IMG/VR virus record: IMGVR_UViG_3300034105_004634
Source: an uncultured virus (IMG/VR IMGVR_UViG_3300034105_004634)
Taxonomy: Duplodnaviria; Heunggongvirae; Uroviricota; Caudoviricetes
Strand: one strand, 5' to 3'
DNA length: 64,000 nucleotides
Position numbers and translations under genes: made by a program
Shown: positions 9,007 through 18,367 of the stretch, piece by piece
Layout of the letters: each line of letters starts with the position of its first letter
Position numbering within the stretch: position 1 is the stretch's first letter
Notes under the pieces: model-generated
Seen by the model: the letters and a program-made list of their open reading frames with translations, nothing else
Told to the model about the DNA's origin: nothing
Database searches by the model: none

Positions 9007-9836
9007 ATTGCCAATTCTAATGCTGAATTTATCTTTTTACCTATATTGTCATATATGATAAAATCATCTATAGTATAACAGTAGAAGTTTTTAACTTCCT
9101 TTAACTCTATTTTTGGTTGAATATTAATACTCAAATTAACTCTATCCAATATTTCATTAGCAGCATCATAATGTCTATCATAGATATGTAAATTTTGTGT
9201 TAAATGACAAAATTTACCAACCTGATAATTCAAATGACCAGCAACCATCATTAAAAATGCAACATATTGAATCTTATTTATAAAACCAGCGGTAATGTAA
9301 TCATTACTACGTTGAATTAAGGTCATATCCAAAAACATAACACCATTAACTTTTCTAACCGACCAAATTGTTTCGTATGCACAAGGATGTAGTCCTCCAG
9401 TGTCTCTCAAATCTTGATATTGGTATAAATTTATGATGTGTCGCCTTGAGAATGGGTCATTTTTTAATCCCTTCAACAGATCGTTCATCAAATCATATTT
9501 TGATACAGTCGCACCATATCTTTGACCTATTGTATCATCACCAATATTCCATTCATCCCACCACAAAATTCCTTTTTCTCTTGCTGTAATCAGGGAACTA
9601 TCCTGCGATTGATAAATCCATAATATCTCTTTAATTCCGGTCTTGATTGCTGTATTTCGCAATGTTGTGATTGGAAATTCTCCTTCCGAAATATCATATT
9701 CCTCGAAAACTTGTGTGATAAATTTAGTATGTGCTGGAGTTCCATCAATGTATTTTGGTCTGGGGGTTTCATCTAAACAACCTTCGGATAGAATTTTACG
9801 AAGATTATCAATATAGTATTTATCAGCCTTATTCAT
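9003..9836 (-). CDS. thyA: Thymidylate synthase
   Basis: KEILWIY, SRRHII, LHPCAY (catalytic Cys), QRSNDYITAGFIN (Asn specificity residue), NLHIYDRH. Confidence 0.93.
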   Translation of the reverse strand: MNKADKYYIDNLRKILSEGCLDETPRPKYIDGTPAHTKFITQVFEEYDISEGEFPITTLRNTAIKTGIKEILWIYQSQDSSLITAREKGILWWDEWNIGDDTIGQRYGATVSKYDLMNDLLKGLKNDPFSRRHIINLYQYQDLRDTGGLHPCAYETIWSVRKVNGVMFLDMTLIQRSNDYITAGFINKIQYVAFLMMVAGHLNYQVGKFCHLTQNLHIYDRHYDAANEILDRVNLSINIQPKIELKEVKNFYCYTIDDFIIYDNIGKKINSALELAI

Positions 9837-10182
9837 AAATCTCCTGTGTTTCTCCGTTATATGTTATTCTTATTAGTTTTGTTGGAATATCAAACTCGTC
9901 TAACATATTAAACCCCGCTTCCATATGATGACCCTTATTTCCATGTTTGCTATGGAGTATACCTATTCTTTCTTTCTCGCTTAGCTCTCTCTTTTCAAAT
10001 GTAATATTCATCATTTTACAAAACTCACCATCAGTTTTTATTTTATTGGCGAATTGTTCTTGCGTTAGACAAGCATCAGCGTATGGTCCTGCAAATGGTG
10101 GATTCTCTTTTAACCAATTATTCTCATAGTTTTTGTACACATCCTCGATGGTGTCAATGTACAGTTTATCCACTTTATTCAT
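9829..10182 (-). CDS. Hypothetical protein
   Basis: 117-aa ORF overlapping neighbours; N-terminus MNKVDKLYID resembles the ThyA N-terminus MNKADKYYID. Confidence 0.7.
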   Translation of the reverse strand: MNKVDKLYIDTIEDVYKNYENNWLKENPPFAGPYADACLTQEQFANKIKTDGEFCKMMNITFEKRELSEKERIGILHSKHGNKGHHMEAGFNMLDEFDIPTKLIRITYNGETQEIYE

Positions 10183-10372
10183 ATTTTCTAAATATCACTA
10201 CAGCATTAATCAGTCTAGTTGGTCCGGTATTATTGCTGAATATCGTTGGCTCAATCAAATAAACATCCCAACCGCTAACTGCTTCGAGTCTCAAGTAATC
10301 TGCAAAAGACTCCGGATTGACGTCATTATACTGGGCTTGCCAAGTCACTATTTTTTGTTCTTTATATCTCAT
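10175..10372 (-). CDS. Hypothetical protein
   Basis: 65-aa ORF, overlapping chain of small genes. Confidence 0.6.
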   Translation of the reverse strand: MRYKEQKIVTWQAQYNDVNPESFADYLRLEAVSGWDVYLIEPTIFSNNTGPTRLINAVVIFRKYE

Positions 10373-10549
10373 TTTATTCCAGTTTTAATTGGCATTAGTA
10401 TCTTGTATGATGTTATCTATGATAAAATCTACATATCTGTTTGTTATTTCTATTCCTTTTTGTCTTTTATGTTTGGACATGTTATTGCTTCATATATTAC
10501 AAAGACCCATGCTGCTGCAACGAATGCACTTAGTATATAAATTCCCATA

Positions 10550-10942
10550 TTAATTAACAGTTTCTTTGTATTCAAAGGTAGCATCTTGAGTGTGTACTCT
10601 GAATACTCCTATGTCGTCAAAAAGTTGCATTATTACTTTTTCTTTCTTTTCATTTCGAGTTTCAATGTATCTATATCTAAAACTATCTTTAGATAATCCA
10701 CTATAGATTTTCCCAGTTTTATAATATCTATCTACATGCTCTGACATTCCTGAGTTAAAGAAAATAAGAATATCTCCTTTGTCATTACCGCTGAATACAG
10801 CTGTTATGTTTGTTGGTTCAGTTTCACCTATAACATGTGTCATTCTGTTTGTTTTAGTAACATGGCCATAGTATTTAACAAATGTTTGTGCACTTGTTGC
10901 TAAGGAAATAAATAATGTGATTGCTAATAATAATTTTTTCAT
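10550..10942 (-). CDS. Secreted hypothetical protein
   Basis: Signal peptide MKKLLLAITLFISLATSA-Q. Confidence 0.75.
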   Translation of the reverse strand: MKKLLLAITLFISLATSAQTFVKYYGHVTKTNRMTHVIGETEPTNITAVFSGNDKGDILIFFNSGMSEHVDRYYKTGKIYSGLSKDSFRYRYIETRNEKKEKVIMQLFDDIGVFRVHTQDATFEYKETVN

Positions 10943-10958
10943 TGTGTTTGTTTTTAAT

Positions 10959-11237
10959 TTATAAAATAGTTTTAGGAGAACATCCTAGTAAAATTGTTAG
11001 TTCGAAAGCTTTCTTTCTTGATGGTTTAATTTTATATTCTTTAATTACTTCTGAGATTATTTGTTTAAATTTTCCATCCTCTAATTCATAATCTAGGAAA
11101 GGAATAATTTTTCTACCTTGCTCATCTAAAGTTGCATTCTCACATAGTAGATCAAAATCTGCTGATGGTGTTGCTTGTTTAAATAATCTTCTGTAGCATT
11201 CTAGTAATGCTAGTTCTTCTTTAGGTGTTGCTGTCAT
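10959..11237 (-). CDS. Hypothetical protein
   Basis: 92-aa ORF, 4-nt overlap with the upstream gene. Confidence 0.7.
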   Translation of the reverse strand: MTATPKEELALLECYRRLFKQATPSADFDLLCENATLDEQGRKIIPFLDYELEDGKFKQIISEVIKEYKIKPSRKKAFELTILLGCSPKTIL

Positions 11238-11560
11238 AACTTTTCTTTGTCTTGTTTTAGTCTTTCGAGGAATGATTCTTCCCCATCATCTCCTGATAGT
11301 AACCAGTCCATTCGTTGCATATAGATTTGAGCTAACTTAATTATCTCAGCACCTTTTTTGAACTCCTCGATTACTTCCGGGGGATATTTGTAGTGGTACC
11401 TGTCTTCAGGGTATTTGTTATACCATTCATCATCGTGCCAACTATTTTCTCTTATTTCCTCAGCACTCTTAGGCTGGCCATTTTTAGCCACGAGTTTTTC
11501 TATATCCTCAGCAACATCAGTAAATCTATACTGTATGTAATCCCAGTGACCTCCGCTCAT
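11234..11560 (-). CDS. Conserved phage hypothetical protein
   Basis: MSGGHWDY...RMDWLLSGDDGEESFLERL. Confidence 0.75.
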   Translation of the reverse strand: MSGGHWDYIQYRFTDVAEDIEKLVAKNGQPKSAEEIRENSWHDDEWYNKYPEDRYHYKYPPEVIEEFKKGAEIIKLAQIYMQRMDWLLSGDDGEESFLERLKQDKEKL

Positions 11561-11566
11561 ATGATT

Positions 11567-11998
11567 TTAGATTACAGAGATTGAGATTATCTTGTCACCT
11601 TGTTGGATCAGATCAATTACATCAAGACCATCAGTAACCCTACCAAAACATGTGTGATTTCCGTCCAGATGAGCCGTGTTTTGTCTACTGTGACAAATAA
11701 AGAATTGGGATCCACCTGTGTTTCTTCCTGCGTGTGCCATCGAAAGAACTCCTCTGTCGTGGAATTGATTTGGTGCGGCAACTTCACAAGGGATATTATA
11801 GCCAGGTCCGCCTTGTCCAGTACCTGTTGGACATCCGCCCTGAATAACAAAATTAGGAATGACTCTATGGAAATTTAGACCGTTATAGAATCCTTCGTTT
11901 GCTAACTTTAGAAAGTTACCTGCTGTGATTGGTGTGTCGTTATCATATAGATCCACGATCATATCACCTTTGTCTGTTGAAATTTTTACTTTGCTCAT
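11567..11998 (-). CDS. Cyclophilin-type peptidyl-prolyl cis-trans isomerase
   Basis: FYNGLNFHRVIPNFVIQGG, LSMAHAGRNTGGSQFFI, HLDGNHTCFGRV. Confidence 0.95.
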   Translation of the reverse strand: MSKVKISTDKGDMIVDLYDNDTPITAGNFLKLANEGFYNGLNFHRVIPNFVIQGGCPTGTGQGGPGYNIPCEVAAPNQFHDRGVLSMAHAGRNTGGSQFFICHSRQNTAHLDGNHTCFGRVTDGLDVIDLIQQGDKIISISVI

Positions 11999-12016
11999 TT
12001 TTATTTATTTGTTTTA

Positions 12017-12283
12017 TTATTCTTCCTCTTCGCTTTCGAATTCCTCTCCTAATTTGGAATCTTTATTGATTTCCAGATGACCGCAAACTTCGAATAGTGG
12101 TTCAAATTTAGGATCATAGTCCTGGATCCAGCCCTCAGATTGATCCCAAATATATTGTTCAACACCTTTTGGGTTTTCGTGATATCTGAAGGTGACTTTC
12201 TCACCGTCGACTTCAGCGTCTGCTTGTATTGTTTCTGCCCACCATACAGCATCAACATCAGTAAGTAATTTAATTTTTGTCAT
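12017..12283 (-). CDS. Hypothetical protein
   Basis: 88-aa ORF, tight packing. Confidence 0.65.
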   Translation of the reverse strand: MTKIKLLTDVDAVWWAETIQADAEVDGEKVTFRYHENPKGVEQYIWDQSEGWIQDYDPKFEPLFEVCGHLEINKDSKLGEEFESEEEE

Positions 12284-12285
12284 TT

Positions 12286-12771
12286 TTATTTCTTTAGTGA
12301 TTCTAGAAATTTTATAATATCAGTGACATCTCTATGAATAATCTCGATTCCATTTTCATATTTAACTTCAATGGATGGGATCATGGATCTTTCAGTCAAC
12401 ATTTGCATATCAGTTATTAGATTTCTCTTCAGATCTTCCTCCTTAACACCAAGAAGAAGTTCCGTTATTCTATTAACAACAACAGGAAGATCTACTATAC
12501 CAATAAATAGATCCAGTTTTTCTTTTTTAGGTTTGCAATCTTCGTTCCAATCGGTATACCTGTATTCCCTACCAAAGCTAGTTGTTACTGTAAAGTCACC
12601 TCTAATGAATTCGAAAATTTCCAAACTGTCCCATTCCGCGATAATTTCAAAATAATCATCAACAATAACGAAATTGTCACCATCAGCTTTTTTATATGCT
12701 CTTATTGCATCGCCTTCAAAGTTTAATAAACCAAGATATGGCAATAACATGTCATTTTTTGATATTTTCAT
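12286..12771 (-). CDS. Hypothetical protein
   Basis: 161-aa ORF, tight packing. Confidence 0.7.
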   Translation of the reverse strand: MKISKNDMLLPYLGLLNFEGDAIRAYKKADGDNFVIVDDYFEIIAEWDSLEIFEFIRGDFTVTTSFGREYRYTDWNEDCKPKKEKLDLFIGIVDLPVVVNRITELLLGVKEEDLKRNLITDMQMLTERSMIPSIEVKYENGIEIIHRDVTDIIKFLESLKK

Positions 12772-13049
12772 AGTTCTAAATAATACATTGATTCCTTTTT
12801 ACTGTAACATCCACCATCCCTGCCGTCATACCATTCACCGTCGCCAATATAATATATTGGAAATTTCACACCAGTATTCTCATCGAATTTCCAATCCACA
12901 TTGGCTATCTTTACGAACTCAGCATTCTGTTGAGCTATTGGTGTGCATCCATCAAGATACACAGTATCACCAACTTCTCTTATTTTTTTATATGCTTCCA
13001 TTACTCTCGATTTTAATACCATATATCGTGTAGTAAACCATATCAACAA
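12768..13049 (-). CDS. Hypothetical protein (true start probably internal, MEAYKK)
   Basis: ORF on the coding strand; the track start overlaps the upstream gene. Confidence 0.6.
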   Translation of the reverse strand: MLIWFTTRYMVLKSRVMEAYKKIREVGDTVYLDGCTPIAQQNAEFVKIANVDWKFDENTGVKFPIYYIGDGEWYDGRDGGCYSKKESMYYLEL

Positions 13050-13431
13050 CTCTTTCAGGATTTACCGCTGATTGTCTATGCTCTATTATACTGTTTATAT
13101 GTGTGTAATTTTCTCTTATGTGTGATGCAAGTTCATTCTTAAGTTTCTTGGGTTTTATCCCCGAGAAATTTTTATTGAGATGGATGTTTCTAAATATTGG
13201 AATCTTAGTTAATTTACAAGTTTGTGAATTTCCATTATGTATAAAAACAGGATCAACCTTAAGATCCAAAAGACCAAGCTCATCTGGATCTATATCATAT
13301 CTCCATGGCTTATTAGTTTCGCTAATTTCGGATGTATGGTCGCCCTTACACTCGTCGAAAGCCTCTATAAAATCCTGATCATTCCAGATTGTTTTTTCTT
13401 CTAATTTTTCATTGATAATTTCACTACTCAT
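12988..13431 (-). CDS. Hypothetical protein
   Basis: 147-aa ORF preceded by a GAAA-N16-GTATAT element (13447-13473). Confidence 0.7.
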   Translation of the reverse strand: MSSEIINEKLEEKTIWNDQDFIEAFDECKGDHTSEISETNKPWRYDIDPDELGLLDLKVDPVFIHNGNSQTCKLTKIPIFRNIHLNKNFSGIKPKKLKNELASHIRENYTHINSIIEHRQSAVNPERVVDMVYYTIYGIKIESNGSI

Positions 13432-13560
13432 ACATTTATTTTTATCTATATACTATCATTAATACTCCTTTTCTATTGTTTATTTGTCCGTATATGAATC
13501 AAAATTCATTTTATTCAGAAACATATGGGTTAAAAATAAATCCCATTAAACAAGCTTATT

Positions 13561-13866
13561 TTAGTCCATGTCAGGACCATCGTAATCCCACTCGCAGCAT
13601 GGCCATTCCCTTCCCTGACTGTCTATTCTACACCAATGTGTTTTTTCTTCATCCAACCATTTCCAGTCGACATTCTCTTCACCCTCCGAAAATGGTGCAT
13701 CTGGTTCCTTTAGTGGTGGGTGGTATGCATCAGGGCTAACGTATCTATGGTTACAACTGCATCCCCTATGAACATGCTCATCACATCTTTGGTAATCTCC
13801 CGGCATATAAAACCATACCGCGGGTTCGTCACAATTGTCACACTTTTCTTCTGCTGCTTCCTGCAT
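13561..13866 (-). CDS. Cys/His-rich hypothetical protein
   Basis: CDNC...CDEHVHRGCSCNH...GREWPCCEW; possible Zn-binding. Confidence 0.7.
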   Translation of the reverse strand: MQEAAEEKCDNCDEPAVWFYMPGDYQRCDEHVHRGCSCNHRYVSPDAYHPPLKEPDAPFSEGEENVDWKWLDEEKTHWCRIDSQGREWPCCEWDYDGPDMD

Positions 13867-14350
13867 ATTTTTTTCTTTTTGGTTTAATCTTATATACTAA
13901 CCGCCATCCAAAATTTCCAAATACACTGAATACTCCCTTCAATGATAGAAAATCAGCAAATCTTCCAATTAGAGAATAATCAAATTCAACATCAGTAATA
14001 AAATTCTCCATATAGACCCTAAGCTCGTCCAATTCTTCCACTGTGACAGGATCAGGAGGTAACATTTCTTTTTTGTATACAAGCTTATATTTCAAAGGTG
14101 ATGTATCTTCGAAATCCAAAGATTCGTTCACTGATATTTCCTCAGGCATATCACACTCCACTGAATCACCACATAGATCACCCACCTCTCTCAGACATTT
14201 ATCAATATCCGATTTAAGTTCAGCATAGGTAAATATCCTACTTCTAGCAAAATCCATCATGATTTCGAATGCTTGGGATTCTTTAGTTTTCCCGCTAAAT
14301 GCTGTATGGAAGGTGTACCATCTACTGTTGGACCATCTGGAGTATGACAT
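13838..14350 (-). CDS. Hypothetical protein
   Basis: 170-aa ORF starting MSYSRWSNSRWYTF. Confidence 0.7.
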   Translation of the reverse strand: MSYSRWSNSRWYTFHTAFSGKTKESQAFEIMMDFARSRIFTYAELKSDIDKCLREVGDLCGDSVECDMPEEISVNESLDFEDTSPLKYKLVYKKEMLPPDPVTVEELDELRVYMENFITDVEFDYSLIGRFADFLSLKGVFSVFGNFGWRLVYKIKPKRKKYAGSSRRKV

Positions 14351-14351
14351 G

Positions 14352-14777
14352 CTATTGAGTTATTAAATGTAATAAAATATATGAAAGCTTATATCCGGTA
14401 AAGGCACCGAGGGCGGACGGGATTGGAAAAACAATTAGTTTTCCAAGATCTGTTACATACTTTGGTCTGTTTACAATTTTTCCCATAAATGAATAATATA
14501 AAAAATATCCCAGCAGAACAGCAATATCAGTTCGAGTAGCAATAAAAACAATAAGCATAGCACCTATAAAACCAAAAATAAAGTTATCTCTTAAACCCTC
14601 CCAAATTTCGTAGGGTGTGGCTTTTTTACATTCCCTGACTATCCTATCAATCTTTAATTTTTTCTTTTTAAAATAAACATTATGAAGAGATCTATTATTA
14701 GCAACCCTGGGTGTTTTTTTATGTTCTATTAATCCACCAATACCATCTTCTATGCCCTCATTAAATCTTTTATTCAT
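14352..14777 (-). CDS. Membrane protein
   Basis: About three hydrophobic helices in the C-terminal half. Confidence 0.7.
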   Translation of the reverse strand: MNKRFNEGIEDGIGGLIEHKKTPRVANNRSLHNVYFKKKKLKIDRIVRECKKATPYEIWEGLRDNFIFGFIGAMLIVFIATRTDIAVLLGYFLYYSFMGKIVNRPKYVTDLGKLIVFPIPSALGAFTGYKLSYILLHLITQ

Positions 14778-14913
14778 CTTCTTCTTTATCGTTTAAAAAA
14801 TCATCAGGTTTATAGTCAGGAAAATTCTTATTCATGTGACGTATCCCGGAAATACCCATTATACAGCATCCTATAAATGCTGCGGAAGGTATTAGTATAA
14901 ATATCAATCTCAT
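14770..14913 (-). CDS. Small membrane protein (47 aa), paralog of 15287-15481
   Basis: MRLIFILIPSAAFIGCCIMGISGIRHMNKNFPDYKPDDFLNDKEEDE; below the track cutoff. Confidence 0.6.
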   Translation of the reverse strand: MRLIFILIPSAAFIGCCIMGISGIRHMNKNFPDYKPDDFLNDKEEDE

Positions 14914-14930
14914 CGCTAAATACACAAAAT

Positions 14931-15335
14931 TTATTTCAATGAACCAAATAATTCATAGATAGAATTTGTAGTTTTAAACTTAATATAATCCTCTCTTTGC
15001 TCTATAATCTCTTTTATATCTGTTGCCTGCCAGGTAAAGAATTGATTGAAAGGAGACATTAGAAGACTTCTTCCTACTGCTACTTCCTTATGTTTTGATT
15101 TGAATTTACCATCTTCATCAAATTCTAACCAACAAACATCCTCAGATTGTTTTGTTAGACCGTCTCCTTCTCTTACTAGTTTGTAGTTCATATATTCTGT
15201 TCCGAATACTTCTGCGAACCTTTGATCTAAATGTAAAGTACCATCCTCACTTTGAGTTAGTAATACTTTTGGTTGTGCCCCTCCTATCATACTCTTTCTT
15301 CTTCTTCTAGTCCGTCCATTAATGTGACATCCCAT
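14931..15335 (-). CDS. Hypothetical protein
   Basis: ORF with LLMSPFNQFFTWQ...IKFKTTNSIYEL; start probably internal (MIGGAQ). Confidence 0.7.
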   Translation of the reverse strand: MGCHINGRTRRRRKSMIGGAQPKVLLTQSEDGTLHLDQRFAEVFGTEYMNYKLVREGDGLTKQSEDVCWLEFDEDGKFKSKHKEVAVGRSLLMSPFNQFFTWQATDIKEIIEQREDYIKFKTTNSIYELFGSLK

Positions 15336-15481
15336 TCTGAGTTGTCATCGAAATCAAATCCTCCGTTAAATTCTTCCCCTTTATAATCAGGATACTTTTC
15401 GTGCATGTTTGTAATACCGTTTACCCAAAAGTAAGATATTAGACCTACTACAATTGCCATTGTTACGTATACTATTAACAT
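15287..15481 (-). CDS. Small membrane protein
   Basis: N-terminal TM helix, then GITNMHEKYPDYKGEEF. Confidence 0.65.
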   Translation of the reverse strand: MLIVYVTMAIVVGLISYFWVNGITNMHEKYPDYKGEEFNGGFDFDDNSEWDVTLMDGLEEEERV

Positions 15482-15482
15482 A

Positions 15483-16319
15483 CTACTTTATCTCTAAGTT
15501 ATAATTGTTCACAATTGTATATCCACATGCATTGTAAATTTCATTTCCAAACTCTACTGTTGATATAAAATGTTTTTCATCTAATATATTTTCAAGTAAC
15601 ATAATATAGATAAACTCTTTTAAGTTAACTGTATTACTTCTTGTTCCTTCTTTTCTAACAAATGCTGTGAAGTACCATCCAGGTGTTCCTAGATTTTCAG
15701 ATGTTCTATCAATATAGGTGTGATACATTCTATAAGTACCTGAGGATGTTGTTACCTCTCCTTTAAATCTTCCAGCAGGCATCGCTACGTTTCTATCTTC
15801 CCATACCATTATTTCATGAGAGATGTCACTTGTTTCATTCTTACCATTCTTAGTTACCCATAAATCAAATGATAAATTGTATTTTTTTGGTTCAACATAC
15901 ATTGAAACATGATAAGTTGCTTCTAAAGATTTAATTTCATCTATCTTTTTTGGGAAGTATTTATTGGTTGTATCTCCTCCAAATGGAGATTTACCTATGA
16001 ATAGTTCTGGATATCCTATTACGCCTCTGTTTTTATTTGGTGTTAAATATTCCCAGCCTATTCTATTTCCATCTTGAAATAGAGTTTGAATATACTTTTC
16101 ACCTTTTTTTAATTTCCATTCACCCCATTTATTATTAAATACTTTAGAGAATTGAACATCAAATTGTGAATTATGCTGCATTCCTTCCATAAACATTCTT
16201 TTTTCATCAATGTTTAGTCTACTAAACTGCTTATTTATCTTTTTTGAAGAATTGCCTCCTTTAATAAGATGATACATATAGATTATATAACTCCTTATAT
16301 TCTTTAAATAATATTTCAT
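15483..16319 (-). CDS. Glycoside hydrolase family 12 (endo-beta-glucanase-like)
   Basis: VFNNKWG, GYPELFIG, YNLSFDLW, HEIMVW (nucleophile Glu) and VEFGNEI (acid/base Glu), in GH12 order. Confidence 0.8.
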   Translation of the reverse strand: MKYYLKNIRSYIIYMYHLIKGGNSSKKINKQFSRLNIDEKRMFMEGMQHNSQFDVQFSKVFNNKWGEWKLKKGEKYIQTLFQDGNRIGWEYLTPNKNRGVIGYPELFIGKSPFGGDTTNKYFPKKIDEIKSLEATYHVSMYVEPKKYNLSFDLWVTKNGKNETSDISHEIMVWEDRNVAMPAGRFKGEVTTSSGTYRMYHTYIDRTSENLGTPGWYFTAFVRKEGTRSNTVNLKEFIYIMLLENILDEKHFISTVEFGNEIYNACGYTIVNNYNLEIK

Positions 16320-16321
16320 TT

Positions 16322-16750
16322 TTATTTGATTTTAAATTGTTTAATGATTCCATCCCTAGCATCATTAAAGTTATTACCGTCATTTTTTACGCATTGTATC
16401 CATGTTTCAGTAATTATACTTTCAATGTCTTCTTCACTATATCTTAATTCTCTTTTAGCTTGTCTATCAAAAAAACTGGGATCGTTTATTTCTTTCTTAT
16501 TTCTAGTTGCTTTGCTGTATATTAATTGTTCCTTATATCCTTTAATAACCTCCTCAAGACTTCTCCTTTTTCCTTCATTCCAAATTTGCTCTGGTTGAAT
16601 TTCATTTATTATTTTATTTGAATTAAATCTCTCATTATCGGTTAATTCTTGGCATCTCCAACACCATTCATCGGATATGGTCCCAATATGTTGATAACAT
16701 TTAGCCATTTTTTTTCTTTGGTGTTTCGTAATTTCTCTCCAGCCATTCAA
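16322..16750 (-). CDS. Hypothetical protein
   Basis: ORF on the coding strand; start probably MAKCY. Confidence 0.6.
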   Translation of the reverse strand: MNGWREITKHQRKKMAKCYQHIGTISDEWCWRCQELTDNERFNSNKIINEIQPEQIWNEGKRRSLEEVIKGYKEQLIYSKATRNKKEINDPSFFDRQAKRELRYSEEDIESIITETWIQCVKNDGNNFNDARDGIIKQFKIK

Positions 16751-17144
16751 ATAATTCGTTGGGTAAGATGCACTGGTAAAAATCTATAAAATCGAATAAG
16801 ATTTCTTCCCAATCGTTTCCTTCATTATACATTCCCAACTCTTCGTCAGATTTCATTATATCAACAATATGTTGTTTTTGTTCTTCCTTTGGAATTAAAT
16901 AACCATCTTCCATAACATAAACTCTTTTTTTAGGTTCTTCTTCTCTCAGAAGATAACCATAATCAACACCGGTGTCATCAACACACACATCACATTGTTC
17001 TAAACATTTTCCATCATAATTAACTTCATCCCCACAATAGAAATTCTTTTTTCGCTCTTGTTCAACTTCATGGTGTTGCTTCCAAGTATTTTGAATTTCG
17101 TCCTCCAGATCATCATAGTCCGGATTATCGTAACATTTACTCAT
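16701..17144 (-). CDS. Hypothetical protein
   Basis: 147-aa ORF. Confidence 0.65.
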   Translation of the reverse strand: MSKCYDNPDYDDLEDEIQNTWKQHHEVEQERKKNFYCGDEVNYDGKCLEQCDVCVDDTGVDYGYLLREEEPKKRVYVMEDGYLIPKEEQKQHIVDIMKSDEELGMYNEGNDWEEILFDFIDFYQCILPNELFEWLERNYETPKKKNG

Positions 17145-17146
17145 TA

Positions 17147-17395
17147 TTATTTCCTAGGAGCTACTTTCCAGTTATTAGCATTTGTAATACAATAATTACT
17201 TCCAACAAAGGCATTCATCCAATCACCTGGCTGTAGATAGAATAGCTGTTCGTTACCTGAACATGAGTTTCTTATTACAACTGAGTAGTTCTGTACATTA
17301 TCTCTTACCACTAATCCACAATTACAATTCAAGCCATCTTCCGCAGAGCAGGCAAACAATAACGGCAAGGCCATTAACATGATTAATTTTTTCAT
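17147..17395 (-). CDS. Lipoprotein
   Basis: Lipobox MKKLIMLMALPLLFAC. Confidence 0.75.
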   Translation of the reverse strand: MKKLIMLMALPLLFACSAEDGLNCNCGLVVRDNVQNYSVVIRNSCSGNEQLFYLQPGDWMNAFVGSNYCITNANNWKVAPRK

Positions 17396-17418
17396 TTTTA
17401 TTTATTTCATTTTTGTTA

Positions 17419-18051
17419 TTAATCCCACCATCCTCTGATATCTCTTTCCATTATTCTAAACAGTAACTTATGTGCTCTATCATAGTTCATATGACCTATA
17501 CTCATTGCTATGAAATGTTTATCATCTTCTCTCCCCTTTATTGGAGCAAATCCTTCACCGTTCATAACTCTTCTGTACATGTTTGGATACTTTTTAAAGT
17601 ACTGATCGTACTCCTCCCAAATGTTTTCAGATTCCCATGTTGAGTATTCTGAATTATCCTCACACGGTTCAAACCAATGCCTATCTTTTGCATAATCCAT
17701 GTACTCCATTTCATAGAAACTGTCCTGGAGTTTTTGTATAAGATTCACACATAGATTCATTCTTTGAGCATCATACTGAGCTCTTGTGTGTCTGTCTTTG
17801 CTTCCGATGTATTTGGATTGAGCTTTGAGTTTGTGTCTTAGTATTTGGAAAATATAATCATGATCCCAATTCCTATCCTTCCAGATAATTGGAAACCAGT
17901 AAATGATATTTGCAATACCTTCTCTTAGGAATTTGTGATAATACTTTCCTTCATGATTCCACCAAAGCTGTATTCTTCTGAATATGTTTGGTCTTGGTCT
18001 GTTTTCTAATTCTTCAAAAAAATCTTTGTTATCTTTTTTTATCTCCTTCAT
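17419..18051 (-). CDS. Conserved phage hypothetical protein
   Basis: WFPIIWKDRNWDHDYI...IRGWWD. Confidence 0.75.
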   Translation of the reverse strand: MKEIKKDNKDFFEELENRPRPNIFRRIQLWWNHEGKYYHKFLREGIANIIYWFPIIWKDRNWDHDYIFQILRHKLKAQSKYIGSKDRHTRAQYDAQRMNLCVNLIQKLQDSFYEMEYMDYAKDRHWFEPCEDNSEYSTWESENIWEEYDQYFKKYPNMYRRVMNGEGFAPIKGREDDKHFIAMSIGHMNYDRAHKLLFRIMERDIRGWWD

Positions 18052-18052
18052 T

Positions 18053-18226
18053 TTATAGAAATTTTAATATTAGGTTAGCTATGAAACAAGCAAGTGCTAG
18101 TCCATTAAAGATCAATTGAATTATAAATAATCTTTTCTCATTCTTTTTATTGAAATATAATATACCACAGCAGGCCAATAGAAATGTCCAACCCAATATA
18201 TTTAATAAAAAATGTATTTTTTCCAT
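18053..18226 (-). CDS. Small two-TM membrane protein
   Basis: MEKIHFLLNILGWTF...; start moved to 18226 because the track start lies inside the promoter motif. Confidence 0.65.
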   Translation of the reverse strand: MEKIHFLLNILGWTFLLACCGILYFNKKNEKRLFIIQLIFNGLALACFIANLILKFL

Positions 18227-18244
18227 AATTAATCTTTTAGAATG

Positions 18245-18252
18245 CAAATATA
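18245..18252 (-). promoter_or_regulatory. Bacteroidota-type -7 promoter element (TATATTTG)
   Basis: TAnnTTTG with TTTTTAATCCGG upstream; heads the long array of small genes. Confidence 0.7.
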
Positions 18253-18318
18253 ATATAAAATTCCGGATTAAAAAATAATCAGATGTTATATTTTAATTCA
18301 ATAATTATGTTTCATAAA

Positions 18319-18341
18319 AAAACCAGCGATAGGCTGGTTTT
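18319..18341 (-). terminator. Intrinsic terminator
   Basis: AAAACCAGC-GATAG-GCTGGTTTT hairpin with A/T tails. Confidence 0.75.
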
Positions 18342-18367
18342 ATATTTATACGAATTCAATTTTTTAT

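Noticed and set aside
13476..13560. Possible ncRNA in the AT-rich intergenic gap
   Set aside because: No convincing stem structure or motif beyond the adjacent promoter-like element.
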